The notes beneath the pieces were generated by a model. It searched no databases. It saw only the letters and a program-made list of their open reading frames with translations, and was not told the origin of the DNA. A stretch of DNA of 64,000 nucleotides from Prevotella sp. Its GTDB lineage: Bacteria; Bacteroidota; Bacteroidia; Bacteroidales; Bacteroidaceae. Made by a program: the position numbers and the translations under genes. How positions within the stretch are numbered: position 1 is the stretch's first letter; every line of letters starts with the position of its first letter. The stretch lies in assembly GCA_017479675.1 (NCBI GenBank), contig JAFVBX010000074.1, forward strand, positions 24,677 through 88,676. The letters are read 5' to 3'. Shown here in pieces: positions 27,185 through 37,717 of this stretch.

Positions 27185-29606
27185 TAGGATTATGATTCAT
27201 CCAAAACTTTTACTGATCCTTGCGACTCTTATTGCTATGCCTGCCGTGGCACAGCGTTCTCGTATTAGTCTTAACGAGGGTTGGCTATTTAGTCGAGACT
27301 CCTTGTTCACTAATGCTACGCATGTCGATGTACCTCACGATTTCCAGATAACCCAGCCATGGGTGGCACCATCTGCTGACGAGAAGGCAAGCAGTAAAGA
27401 TGCTGCTGCAAATGTCGCTAGCCGCCTCTCTGCACGTGGTTTTAAAGAGATGGGAGAGGGATGGTATCAGTTAGAGTTGAGTGTTGATGGTTTAAATTTG
27501 AAAGATTGCAGGGTGTTACTCGATTTTGAGGGTATCATGTTAGTGGGTGATGTGTGGCTGAATGGTAAACATGTTGGCAAGACCGACTATGGATACCTGG
27601 GTTTTGAGATTGATATAACAAAGCATCTTAGGCATAATGCCCCGAATGTCTTAGTTGTCAAGGCAGACACTCGTAGAGCAGAAAATTCTCGTTGGTACAC
27701 TGGTGGTGGATTGTTTCGCAATGTTAGTCTTGTCTTAACTCCGAAAGAGAAGTATTTTGCTCGCCATCCGCTATATATCACGACTCGAGACAACCGCGAG
27801 GTGAATATCAAAGCAGAGGTGTATTATAATGATAAGGATACGAAGAATCTAAACATCCTCACTCGCATATTGGATGCAGAGGGTAGGGTTGTGGCAGAGA
27901 AGCTATCTACCCCTCCTTATTACTCCAGACAGCGACAGGCTGAGTATCAGTTGGATGCCATAACTATCCCTGAACAAGGCGGGAAGGGCATACATCTTTG
28001 GTCTCCTGACAGTCCTTATTTATACACAGCCGAAGTGTCGTTGCTTGGTGCTGACGGCAAGGTGCTTGATAAGGTTTACGACCACTTCGGCATTCGAACG
28101 GTAGAGTTTGGTCCTGAGTTTGGCATGAAACTGAATGGCAAGAAGGTGTTGCTGAAAGGTTGGGCAAACCATCACACTCTCGGAGCCCTTGGAGCTGCAG
28201 CTTATCCTGATGCTATCAGGGCACGTTTGCAACTGATGAAGTCATTTGGCTTCAACCATATCCGCACCTCTCATAATCCTTATTCCGAAGATTTATATCG
28301 TTTGTGTGATGAGATGGGCATTTTGGTTGTCGATGAGCTATATGATAAATGGATCACGCAGTATGCTGGTGGACGTGCCGACTGGACATCCCTATGGCAA
28401 CGTGATATACCCGAGTGGGTGAAGCGTGACCGCAACCATCCCTCTGTGGTGCTATGGAGTCTGGGTAACGAACTGCAACAGATGTCAAACCTGCCTTTTA
28501 ATGACTGGGGTGTTACTGCGTATAAGTTACAACGTGAACTATTGAGACGTTATGACACCACACGTCTCACCACCGTCGCCATGCACCCAAGATTTCGCGA
28601 CCTCTCCACAGACTCTCTCCCAGCGCCTTTAGCAAGGGCTACCGATATACAGTCGTATAACTATCGTTATATGTATTTCCCTGGTGATGGCAGGCGTTTC
28701 CCCAAGATGATATTCTATCAAAGCGAAGCAAATATGACAGGCTTGCCTGGCAATTTCTTTGAGATGGACCTCAACCGTGTAGTAGGCTTGGCTTATTGGG
28801 GGGCTATTGACTATCTTGGAGAGAGTCGTGGTTGGCCTCTCAAAGGTTGGTCTGACGGCTTTTTTGATATCTCCTTACAACCTAAACCTTTGGCATATCT
28901 CATCAAGAGCATCTTCAAACCTGATGAGCCCGTAGTGCAGCTTGCCATCGTCGATAAGGGTGGTGATGGCAAGGAGTGGAATGGTATAAAGTTTGACAAC
29001 GAACAGACCACTACACATTGGAATCGGCTATCTGGCCAGAAGCTTAAGATGTACACCTACACAAATGCTGACGAGGTGGAGCTAATCGTTAATGGAAAGT
29101 CACTTGGTAAACAAAAGAACCCTAAGAACAATCCCAAGCGTCGCAATATCATAGTTTGGAAAGATGTGGTTTACCAGCCAGGATATGTAGAAGCTCGAGC
29201 ATATACTGGTAGCAAGCTTGTTGCCTCTCAGCGTTTTGAGACAACAGGTAAAGCTGTATGTTTGGAGTTGAAACAAGAATTCTCTCAACCCACGACTCTC
29301 AACTCTCAACTCTCATCTCTCAACTCAAAGTTACATCACATCCGCATTACCGCTGTTGACGAACAGGGTCGCATCGTTCCTACATCAGATCTCAACGTGC
29401 AACTCAGCGTCAGTGGCAATGCCCGTCTCGTGGCTGTCGGCAACGGCAACCTTGCTTCTGATGATACAGCAGGTCAGCAACATGTTCACCTCTATCAGGG
29501 TTCTGCTCTCGTCATCCTACGTGATACTATCCCTGAAGGTGATATTTCCATTACCGCTAAAGCCAATGGCATACAACCTGCGTCCTTATATATTGTGCAG
29601 CATTGA
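27174..29606 (+). CDS. GH2 glycosidase (beta-galactosidase-like)
   Basis: SRWYTGGG, RTSHNP, RDRNHPSVVLWSLGNE and YQSE motifs; start may be 27192. Confidence 0.88.
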   Translation: MAINRIMIHPKLLLILATLIAMPAVAQRSRISLNEGWLFSRDSLFTNATHVDVPHDFQITQPWVAPSADEKASSKDAAANVASRLSARGFKEMGEGWYQLELSVDGLNLKDCRVLLDFEGIMLVGDVWLNGKHVGKTDYGYLGFEIDITKHLRHNAPNVLVVKADTRRAENSRWYTGGGLFRNVSLVLTPKEKYFARHPLYITTRDNREVNIKAEVYYNDKDTKNLNILTRILDAEGRVVAEKLSTPPYYSRQRQAEYQLDAITIPEQGGKGIHLWSPDSPYLYTAEVSLLGADGKVLDKVYDHFGIRTVEFGPEFGMKLNGKKVLLKGWANHHTLGALGAAAYPDAIRARLQLMKSFGFNHIRTSHNPYSEDLYRLCDEMGILVVDELYDKWITQYAGGRADWTSLWQRDIPEWVKRDRNHPSVVLWSLGNELQQMSNLPFNDWGVTAYKLQRELLRRYDTTRLTTVAMHPRFRDLSTDSLPAPLARATDIQSYNYRYMYFPGDGRRFPKMIFYQSEANMTGLPGNFFEMDLNRVVGLAYWGAIDYLGESRGWPLKGWSDGFFDISLQPKPLAYLIKSIFKPDEPVVQLAIVDKGGDGKEWNGIKFDNEQTTTHWNRLSGQKLKMYTYTNADEVELIVNGKSLGKQKNPKNNPKRRNIIVWKDVVYQPGYVEARAYTGSKLVASQRFETTGKAVCLELKQEFSQPTTLNSQLSSLNSKLHHIRITAVDEQGRIVPTSDLNVQLSVSGNARLVAVGNGNLASDDTAGQQHVHLYQGSALVILRDTIPEGDISITAKANGIQPASLYIVQH

Positions 29607-29624
29607 TATTTATAGAGGCTCCAC

Positions 29625-29765
29625 AAAAAAAGAAATAAGCATCACAGTGAGCTGAATAGCTCTAAGTGACGCTTATTTCTTTTTGCTCTGATGCACGCTT
29701 GCACAGATTCTGCTAACCTAATTAATTTACTAACTTTTAATGAAAAAAACTATTTACTAATCATT
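29625..29765 (-). ncRNA. Candidate PUL-regulated small RNA (~140 nt)
   Basis: Minus-strand TACCTTTG at 29771-29778 with regulator boxes, no ORF, terminator hairpin 29625-29684. Confidence 0.55.
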
Positions 29766-29980
29766 CGATGCAAAGGTAGTACAAAAATTAACCTGTAGAA
29801 ATAATAAATTGTACGCAGATATATAATTTTGTTCTATAATTATTTTTTCTCGTTTGTGCACTTTATTAATGAGGCTTTCGAATAAAAACATACGTTTTTG
29901 CACGTAATCCTCGCTTGCACATATTAAAAAACACTTAATTTTGCAGGCATAAACACAACGATAACTAACCTAAAAGTAAC

Positions 29981-31897
29981 ATGTTTTACAGAAACTTCTT
30001 TTTGGCACTCCTCATGTTGCTCTCGTTCGGGGCATCCGAGGTTTCTGCCCAGCGTCAGGCAGAATGGCTTGACCGCGGTCTGTATGTAGCCCGTTCAGAA
30101 GACGGCATATTTGTCAGCTGGCGTTTGCGCAGTAATGAAAAAAACGCAGCGTTCAACGTGTATAAGAACGGCAAGCTATGGAAGAAGGTTTCAGCCAAGG
30201 CTGCCACCAACGTGATTGACGCAGGCGGCTCCATGAAGGACCTATACCAAGTGCGCAAGGTAGAAAACGGACAGGAGGTGGACTTCTCATACGAGATGCG
30301 TCCGCAGATGATGGACTATTTCGAGATACCCCTGCAACGTCCACAGCCAGGCAAGACTCCTCCATGCGCAGTATTCAGAAACGACAAGCATGGCATAGAT
30401 TTCCCTGATGGCGACCCTTATAAGTATGAGCCAGGCGAGGGTGCTGTGGGCGACCTTGACGGAGATGGCGAGTATGACATCGTGGTAAAATGGAATCCTA
30501 CACCAGCCAGTTATGACAATGGACGCATAGGAATGTCTGGCGAACAGATTATTGATGCCTATAAGATGGACGGCACGTTGCTCTGGCGCATACACATGGG
30601 GCAGAACATTCGTGCAGGCGAACATTATACCATGATATTGGTGTATGACTTCGATGGCGACGGAAAGTCGGAGGTGGTAATGCGTACGGCTCCAGGAACT
30701 CGCGATGGAAAGGGCAAATATGTTCTTCTGAACGGCGATGATCCAAAGGCTGACTATCGCATTACGATGGAGGAAAACCGCAAGCGTAATGGATTTATGA
30801 AGACGGGTCCTGAATACCTGACAGTATTTCGTGGCATCGATGGTGCAGAGATATGTTCTTGCCCTTACACACCTGAGCGTGGCGACGTTAACACATGGGG
30901 CGACAACTACGGCAACCGTGCCGACCGTTTCCTTGCGGCTGTGGCATATCTTGACGGTGTGCACCCCAGCATTATCAATGCACGTGGATATTACATGAAG
31001 TCTGCTGTGGCAGCATACTATTTTGACGGTAAGACCCTGACTAAGCAGTGGGAGGTTATGAGTGACAAACCAGGCGAAGGCATCTGGGGCGCAGGCAACC
31101 ATAACATTTCCGTAGGCGATATTGACTTTGATGGTAAGGATGAGATTGTTCACGCTAATTGTGCCATAGACGATGACGGCAGGGTGATGTATAACACCAA
31201 CCTCCTTCATGGTGATGCGATGCACCTTGGCGTACTCGACCCCACGCGTAAGGGTTTGCAGGTACTGGAGGTGCATGAAGAGCCCGAGACATGGCCTACT
31301 GCAGGTATGGAGATGCACGACGCGCTCACGGGCGAAGTGCTGTGGAAGGTGCCTGCCACCGATGACAACGGCAAGGGCATAGCAGCCGATATCGACCCCA
31401 CATCAAAAGGCCATGAGTGCTGGAGCTACTTCAGTGATGGTCTGTATAATTGCAAGGGCAAAAAGATTTCAGACACTAAGCCGAAACACATGTCATTCCG
31501 TACCTATTGGGATGGTGACCTGCTCGATGAGCTATATGCCAAGAACTTATATAAGTGGGATTGGGATAAGAACGAGTTGAAACTGTTAAAGGACATGACG
31601 GGTTGTGAACAGTCCAATGGCACCAAGATGGTACCATTCCTGCAGGCGGACCTCTTCGGCGACTGGCGCGAGGAAATCATAAGTCGTGTGAAAGGCAGAG
31701 CTGATGTTTTGAGGGTTTATTCCACCACCATACCTACTGACTACAGACTGTACACCTTGATGGACGACCCGCAGTATAGGGTGTCAGTGGCTTGGCAGAA
31801 TATTTCATACAATCAGCCACCACACCTCTCATTCTGGCTCGCAGGCGGAGAAAAGACATGGCCGTGGCCAGTGCACAATATTATAAGGAAGAAATAA
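29981..31897 (+). CDS. PL11 rhamnogalacturonan lyase
   Basis: LDRG, VSWR, DLDGDGEY Ca-binding repeats, GQNIRAGEHY, HGDAMH, DWREE and YNQPPH motifs. Confidence 0.93.
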   Translation: MFYRNFFLALLMLLSFGASEVSAQRQAEWLDRGLYVARSEDGIFVSWRLRSNEKNAAFNVYKNGKLWKKVSAKAATNVIDAGGSMKDLYQVRKVENGQEVDFSYEMRPQMMDYFEIPLQRPQPGKTPPCAVFRNDKHGIDFPDGDPYKYEPGEGAVGDLDGDGEYDIVVKWNPTPASYDNGRIGMSGEQIIDAYKMDGTLLWRIHMGQNIRAGEHYTMILVYDFDGDGKSEVVMRTAPGTRDGKGKYVLLNGDDPKADYRITMEENRKRNGFMKTGPEYLTVFRGIDGAEICSCPYTPERGDVNTWGDNYGNRADRFLAAVAYLDGVHPSIINARGYYMKSAVAAYYFDGKTLTKQWEVMSDKPGEGIWGAGNHNISVGDIDFDGKDEIVHANCAIDDDGRVMYNTNLLHGDAMHLGVLDPTRKGLQVLEVHEEPETWPTAGMEMHDALTGEVLWKVPATDDNGKGIAADIDPTSKGHECWSYFSDGLYNCKGKKISDTKPKHMSFRTYWDGDLLDELYAKNLYKWDWDKNELKLLKDMTGCEQSNGTKMVPFLQADLFGDWREEIISRVKGRADVLRVYSTTIPTDYRLYTLMDDPQYRVSVAWQNISYNQPPHLSFWLAGGEKTWPWPVHNIIRKK

Positions 31898-31937
31898 TAA
31901 ATAATAATGTAATAACTAATTCACAAAACAGAAACCT

Positions 31938-32861
31938 ATGAAAAAATCAATGCTGAAAGTCTTTGGACTGTTGCTGCTTGGTGCAGGTGCTGTAGTGAGT
32001 TGTGATGATGACGGTCTGACAAAGGGCGACCTCAGCACACTTACTGCAAATCGCTTCCAGGCATACGTACAGACAGACGACAAAGACTCACTGATGTGGT
32101 TTATTGACAATCTCGATGGTACGGCATCTGTCACTTACGACCCAACAAATCCTTTGCACAGGGCATCGGAATCAAGTACCACGATACGCGTACCATATTG
32201 TTGGGGAGAGCGTTTCATACCTGAGGTAGTGACGTCAGTTGCTGATGGAAAGGAATACAGTGTAACTGCCGTAGGGCAGGAGGCGTTTATGGGATGCTGG
32301 AAGATGACCTCTATCACTATTCCTGAAACCGTTACCGCCATTGGAGAGGGAGCCTTCACCATGTGCAATAACCTGGCAACGGTGAACATACCCGGTGCTG
32401 TTACCGAGATTCCTGCTGCATGCTTTGCACGCTGCAGCTCGTTGCGCAATACCGACATGTTGCACAGTGATGTGACTTCTATCGGCAAGATGGCATTCTA
32501 CTACTGCACTAAACTGGCATCAATCACCATTCCTGAGGGTGTGCAGAGCATAGGTGAAAGAGCTTTCTTCTACTGTACCAATGCTTCGCTCACATCAGTG
32601 CGCATACCTGCCACTGTGACTAAGATAGGTGCATACGCCTTTGGTCATAGTTATAATGGCGATGCCAGCAAACCTGAGGAGACCTTCTCACACATTGTAG
32701 ATTACTATATTGACGCCAGTGAGCCTCCAGTGTTGGAGGGACCATTGTTCACTACCGACAGTTCACCCCGTGCTGTTCCTACAGTGCATGTGCCCGCTTC
32801 AAGTGTAGATGCTTACAAGGCAGCACCTTATTGGCAAGATCTTAATATTGTAGCAGAATAA
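31938..32861 (+). CDS. BspA-type leucine-rich-repeat lipoprotein
   Basis: Lipobox VVSC followed by DDD; IPxxVTxIGxxAFxxC repeats. Confidence 0.87.
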   Translation: MKKSMLKVFGLLLLGAGAVVSCDDDGLTKGDLSTLTANRFQAYVQTDDKDSLMWFIDNLDGTASVTYDPTNPLHRASESSTTIRVPYCWGERFIPEVVTSVADGKEYSVTAVGQEAFMGCWKMTSITIPETVTAIGEGAFTMCNNLATVNIPGAVTEIPAACFARCSSLRNTDMLHSDVTSIGKMAFYYCTKLASITIPEGVQSIGERAFFYCTNASLTSVRIPATVTKIGAYAFGHSYNGDASKPEETFSHIVDYYIDASEPPVLEGPLFTTDSSPRAVPTVHVPASSVDAYKAAPYWQDLNIVAE

Positions 32862-32876
32862 AAACGCATTAGAGAT

Positions 32877-35800
32877 ATGAAAAAGATAATAACAATAAGT
32901 ATCCTTATAATGTTTGCCGTATTATCATACGCGCAAAACGTAGTGAAGGGAACTGTCACCGATACCAGTGGCGAACCTCTCATAGGTGCCACTGTCAAGG
33001 GTGTGGGAACACAGCAGGCAACAGTTACCGATATAGACGGAAACTATACACTGAAGACCTCTGCCAAGGCTATAGAGATATCATACGTGGGATATAACAC
33101 TATGACGGTACCTGTAAAGAATGGTAAGGCTAACGCACAGCTCTCTGATGATGCTCAGTTGCTTAACGAGGTTGTCGCAGTAGGTTACGGTTCTGTCAAG
33201 AAAGGCGACATAACCAATGCCATTGCCCAGGTAAAGGGTGATGACCTTGCCGACCGTCCTGTTGCCAATATAGGTCAGGCGCTGCAGGGTGAACTTGCAG
33301 GTGTTGACGTCCAGTCAACCTCAGGCGCTCCAGGTTCTGGAGTGCAGATAAAGGTGCGTGGTGCTACGTCAATTAATGAGGATGCATCGTCAAATCCCCT
33401 GTATGTTGTTGACGGCGTACCTATGGATGACGACTTCGACATGCAGCAACTCAATCCTCATGACATAGAATCTATCGACGTGCTCAAGGATGCATCATCA
33501 TCAGCTATTTACGGTTCACGAGGAGCTAATGGTGTAATCCTCATCACCTCAAAGAAAGCAAACAATGACAGCAAGACGCGCGTCAATGCTTCAGTCAACT
33601 TCTCCATATCGTCTCCTGAGCGTTATGCCAAGATAATGTCAAGTGAGCAGTGGATGGCATGGCGCACACGTGCTAACTATGCCAATTACGTTGCCAATTA
33701 CGGCGGTCTGGGTGCACAGGTGGGTGACACTTACGCAGAGCAGATAGCTGTGGTAGGCAGTGCTGGTACTGGCTACGTCAACGACCCTCGCTGGGCTATG
33801 GCGGGCTATGGAGGTCTCAACCTCGTTGACTGGCAGAAGGCGATGTTCCAGACGGCTTTCTCACAGAACTACAACTTCTCCATCTCGCAGGGCAACAGTA
33901 CGAGCAACTATCGTGCTTCAGCCTCTTACACCAATCAGGATGGTATAGTCATCAACACTGGTTTCAAGCGCCTGAACGCAAAACTCTCTGGCGAGACAAC
34001 GATAAAGAACAAACTGAAGCTCACACTCGATGTAGCTCCACAATATACCGTCACCACAGGTGGTAATGTGGATGGTAAGGACAATACAGCCATGCAGGCA
34101 TTGTCACTCGTTCCTATAACAGAGAATGAGGCTGGACTATACACTGCAGCGGAGCCATACACTCGATATATATATGCAGGCTCCACCGTTTCACCTGTAG
34201 CCACAATGGAACAGCGCAGCTATCGCGATGAACAGATACGCGTTGTCACCAGTCTCAAAGCCAACTACGAGATACAGAAAGACTGGAACGCCGAGGTGCT
34301 GGGTTCGTGGATATATAACAATCGCGAACGTAGGATATTCACTCCGTCATCGGCTAACCGTTCATGGAGTTCAGGTGAGGGCTACTATGCTTCATCAACA
34401 TGGAATGGCAACCGCTCTCACAAATACCTGTTGCAGGCAACCACTACCTACAAGCACACCTTTGCCCGCAAGCATAACCTGAATGTAGTGGCTGGTTGGT
34501 CGCTGGAGTCAACTAAGTACTCTACGTCATATAACCTCGGAGCAACGCAGTTCCCTGGCAACACCATACAGGGTTGGACCATCAACGATGTGCAGCCAAC
34601 CACCTTTACTACTACGATAGCCACTGACGATCAGCTGATATCTTATTTCGCTCGTGCTGAATACGGATATGACAATCGTTATCTGGTCAATGCTTCTTTA
34701 CGTCGCGATGGTTCATCACGTTTCGGTGCCGATCGCAAGTGGGGTACCTTCCCTGCTATCTCAGCAGCATGGCGCATATCTAACGAGAAGTTCTGGAATC
34801 CTTCATGGGCTATGAACCAGGCTAAGGTGCGTGTTTCATACGGTTCCAACGGTACCAACTCCATACCTGCCAATTCTGCTGATGCCCTGATGGCAGCTTC
34901 ATACTACAGCACAGGCGGTACGGTGACCACTGGTTATGTACCAGCTACAAGCAGTAATCCTGACCTCGGATGGCAGAAGACCAAGTCATGGAACTTTGGT
35001 GTTGACATGTCGTTCCTGCGCAACCGCATCAGTTTCGCTATCGACTACTACGTAAAGACCATTTCTGATATGCTCTACCTGCAGACAGTGCCTGCTGTTG
35101 TGGGCTATAAGAGTGCATACTCTAATATAGGTAACATACGCACACAGGGTGTGGAGATGGAACTGAAGACAGAGAACCTGACAGGCAAACTGAAATGGCA
35201 GACAAAGGCTTCAGTGGGTTATTCTACCAACAAGGTGACTGACCTCGGCAACAACTCTGCCATATATACTGGCTACGACAATGCCACACAGATAATAGAG
35301 GTGGGACACCCAATAGGCGAGTACTACCTCTACATAGCCGATGGTGTGTATGAGACAGAAGAAGACCTCGTACGCTATCCTACGGAATCTACCTCTCAGG
35401 TGGGCGATGTACGCTTCCGCGACGTGAACGGCGATGGTATCATTGACGAGAACGACCGCACCTACTGTGGCAAACCACAGGCATCATGGACCTTTGGTCT
35501 CACTAACAGCTTCAAGTGGAAAAACTGGGATGCTTCCATCCTCTTCACCGCACAGTTGGGTGGTAAGATATGGTCGGCACTCGGACGTGCCATCGACATG
35601 CAGTCGCAGGGCACCAGCATCAACCGCTTAGAGCGCTGGACAGAGCAGTGGTTCAGCGAGAACGCCCCTGGCAATGGCATAGTGCCTAATGCGTCAAGCA
35701 ACAATGCCGAGCAGTTCTCTACACGCTGGCTGTATTCTACTGACTTCCTCAAACTGAAGAATATCACCATTGGTTATCGCTTCAATTTCAAGAAGTCGGC

Positions 35801-35975
35801 ATTCATCAGCATGCTGCGCATCACGGCATCTGCCGAGAACCTCTTCATGATTGACAAGTATGACGGAGGCTACTCTCCTGAGTCTAACAACTCTGGTTCG
35901 CAGATAAAGACGTACGACTACGGTGCTTACCCATCAGCTCGCACGTTCTCTCTTGGATTACAAGTAGCATTCTGA
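32877..35975 (+). CDS. SusC-like TonB-dependent transporter
   Basis: VLKDASSSAIYGSRGANGVILIT plug motif, RRDGSSRFG, terminal Phe. Confidence 0.96.
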   Translation: MKKIITISILIMFAVLSYAQNVVKGTVTDTSGEPLIGATVKGVGTQQATVTDIDGNYTLKTSAKAIEISYVGYNTMTVPVKNGKANAQLSDDAQLLNEVVAVGYGSVKKGDITNAIAQVKGDDLADRPVANIGQALQGELAGVDVQSTSGAPGSGVQIKVRGATSINEDASSNPLYVVDGVPMDDDFDMQQLNPHDIESIDVLKDASSSAIYGSRGANGVILITSKKANNDSKTRVNASVNFSISSPERYAKIMSSEQWMAWRTRANYANYVANYGGLGAQVGDTYAEQIAVVGSAGTGYVNDPRWAMAGYGGLNLVDWQKAMFQTAFSQNYNFSISQGNSTSNYRASASYTNQDGIVINTGFKRLNAKLSGETTIKNKLKLTLDVAPQYTVTTGGNVDGKDNTAMQALSLVPITENEAGLYTAAEPYTRYIYAGSTVSPVATMEQRSYRDEQIRVVTSLKANYEIQKDWNAEVLGSWIYNNRERRIFTPSSANRSWSSGEGYYASSTWNGNRSHKYLLQATTTYKHTFARKHNLNVVAGWSLESTKYSTSYNLGATQFPGNTIQGWTINDVQPTTFTTTIATDDQLISYFARAEYGYDNRYLVNASLRRDGSSRFGADRKWGTFPAISAAWRISNEKFWNPSWAMNQAKVRVSYGSNGTNSIPANSADALMAASYYSTGGTVTTGYVPATSSNPDLGWQKTKSWNFGVDMSFLRNRISFAIDYYVKTISDMLYLQTVPAVVGYKSAYSNIGNIRTQGVEMELKTENLTGKLKWQTKASVGYSTNKVTDLGNNSAIYTGYDNATQIIEVGHPIGEYYLYIADGVYETEEDLVRYPTESTSQVGDVRFRDVNGDGIIDENDRTYCGKPQASWTFGLTNSFKWKNWDASILFTAQLGGKIWSALGRAIDMQSQGTSINRLERWTEQWFSENAPGNGIVPNASSNNAEQFSTRWLYSTDFLKLKNITIGYRFNFKKSAFISMLRITASAENLFMIDKYDGGYSPESNNSGSQIKTYDYGAYPSARTFSLGLQVAF

Positions 35976-36014
35976 TTATAGAGTATAGAGTATAAAGTAT
36001 AAAGTATAAGGTAT

Positions 36015-37673
36015 ATGAAAAAGATAAGTTCAATATACAAGGTAATGGCAGTGATTGTTATGGCTGTCCTCATTACAGGCTGTCAGGATACACTCACTAC
36101 TGATTCACAAAGTTCATTGATGAAGGATAAGTTCTATACCACCCAGGGCAATATGGATCGTGCTCTCATTGGTGTGTATGGATGCCTCAAACCCTTCTCA
36201 ACATATTACTTCGCCATGTCTGAAAACCGTTCTGACAATATGCTCAACATCACAGAGTCAAAGAAGAACGAGTATGCTGACTGTGCGCAGTTTAATTCCA
36301 CTGGTCTGCTGAATGACAATATAGTGTATAACTGCTGGGCAGACCACTATGCTCTCATAGCAGCAGCAAATGGTCTGTTGGCTAATGTCAATAATATCTC
36401 ATACACACGTGAGGGAACAGCTACGCAGTATTCTGCTGAGGCTCGCTTCCTGCGTGCGCTGGCTTACTTCGACCTCGTACGTTACTTCGGCAGGGTGCCA
36501 GTGTCAACCCAGGAGCTTACTGTAGAAGAGGCATTCAATCTCAAGCAGAGCGAACCAGCTCAGGTGTATGAGCAGATAGTGGAAGACCTCACCTACGCTG
36601 AGGAAAACCTTGCTGACGAAGCTAAAGACTACACAGGTGCCACACGCGCTGAGCGTGCCACCAAGACTGCTGCTCAGGCATTGCTCGGCAAGGTGTATAT
36701 GCAGATGGCAGGTTATCCGCTTTATGACGCTACGGCTAAGGATAAGGCAAAGGAATATCTTGGCAAGGTGCTCACCACTGTGGGACTGCTCAGCGGCGGC
36801 AATGTAGTTGCTGGTGCTACTCCAAGCAAATACTGGGCACTCGATGCCGATGAGTGGAACAATATGTGGTTTCATGAGAATGACAACAGGTACTTCATCT
36901 TCGAGATACAGTATGCTTGCTCCAAGAATCAGGGCAACCCTATGACACCACTCACACATAAGTCGGAGTCAAGCAAAACCAAGTTCTGTAATGCCAACCT
37001 CGTAGTAGGTCCTCATGCCTACGTGGAGCGTAGTTTCGTAGCAAACCATTTCGTTGGGGCTGACAATGTTGACGAAGAAGGCATACCACTTGACAAGCGC
37101 TATCCTAATTCCATCAACCTCATACCTGAGAGCAGCAGCTCTGATGATGACATCATAGCCAGTGACGGCGATGCCTTCATGCCTAAGTTCTTCGAGCATA
37201 AGGTAAAGCGCTCCACATACGGCTATGCTGATATGGACGACCAGATAGTTGACCGCACCTACTGGCCACAGAATTTCCCCATCCTGCGACTTGAGGATGT
37301 TATGTTGCTCTATGCTGAGTGTGTAGGCAAGGCTGAAGGTCTGCCCCTGCTTAACCTTATCCATAGCAGGGCGATGGACTACAGCTATCCATCAAGTCTC
37401 TCTGAGAGCCGCTTCCAGCAGTATGTTATGGAAGAGCGCCGCATAGAGTTGCTGGGCGAGGGCCATCGCTGGTTTGATGAGGTGCGCAATAAGACTTTCG
37501 TGAATGACATAAAGGCGAAGTTTGAGTATTACCGCGAAAACTGCGACCGCAACCACTCACCTAAGTACAGCGTTTATGCCAACCAGGTGACTGTCAATGG
37601 CCGCTATTACCCCATACCTCTCTCACAGATGCAGGTGCGTGACGGACTTTACACACAAAATGACGGATACTAA
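36015..37673 (+). CDS. SusD-like glycan-binding lipoprotein
   Basis: Lipobox ITGC, EARFLRALAYFDLVRYFG, RLEDVMLLYAE, ERRIELLGEGHRWFD and QNDGY motifs. Confidence 0.95.
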   Translation: MKKISSIYKVMAVIVMAVLITGCQDTLTTDSQSSLMKDKFYTTQGNMDRALIGVYGCLKPFSTYYFAMSENRSDNMLNITESKKNEYADCAQFNSTGLLNDNIVYNCWADHYALIAAANGLLANVNNISYTREGTATQYSAEARFLRALAYFDLVRYFGRVPVSTQELTVEEAFNLKQSEPAQVYEQIVEDLTYAEENLADEAKDYTGATRAERATKTAAQALLGKVYMQMAGYPLYDATAKDKAKEYLGKVLTTVGLLSGGNVVAGATPSKYWALDADEWNNMWFHENDNRYFIFEIQYACSKNQGNPMTPLTHKSESSKTKFCNANLVVGPHAYVERSFVANHFVGADNVDEEGIPLDKRYPNSINLIPESSSSDDDIIASDGDAFMPKFFEHKVKRSTYGYADMDDQIVDRTYWPQNFPILRLEDVMLLYAECVGKAEGLPLLNLIHSRAMDYSYPSSLSESRFQQYVMEERRIELLGEGHRWFDEVRNKTFVNDIKAKFEYYRENCDRNHSPKYSVYANQVTVNGRYYPIPLSQMQVRDGLYTQNDGY

Positions 37674-37717
37674 TGTGGTATCCTAGTTTAAAGTTTAAGG
37701 TTTAAAGTTTAAAGTTT

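Noticed and set aside
30287-31318. Long antisense ORFs (343 aa here; also 22630-23469, 25003-25800 and 3362-4084)
   Set aside because: They are shadows of well-supported genes on the opposite strand, with no motifs of their own.
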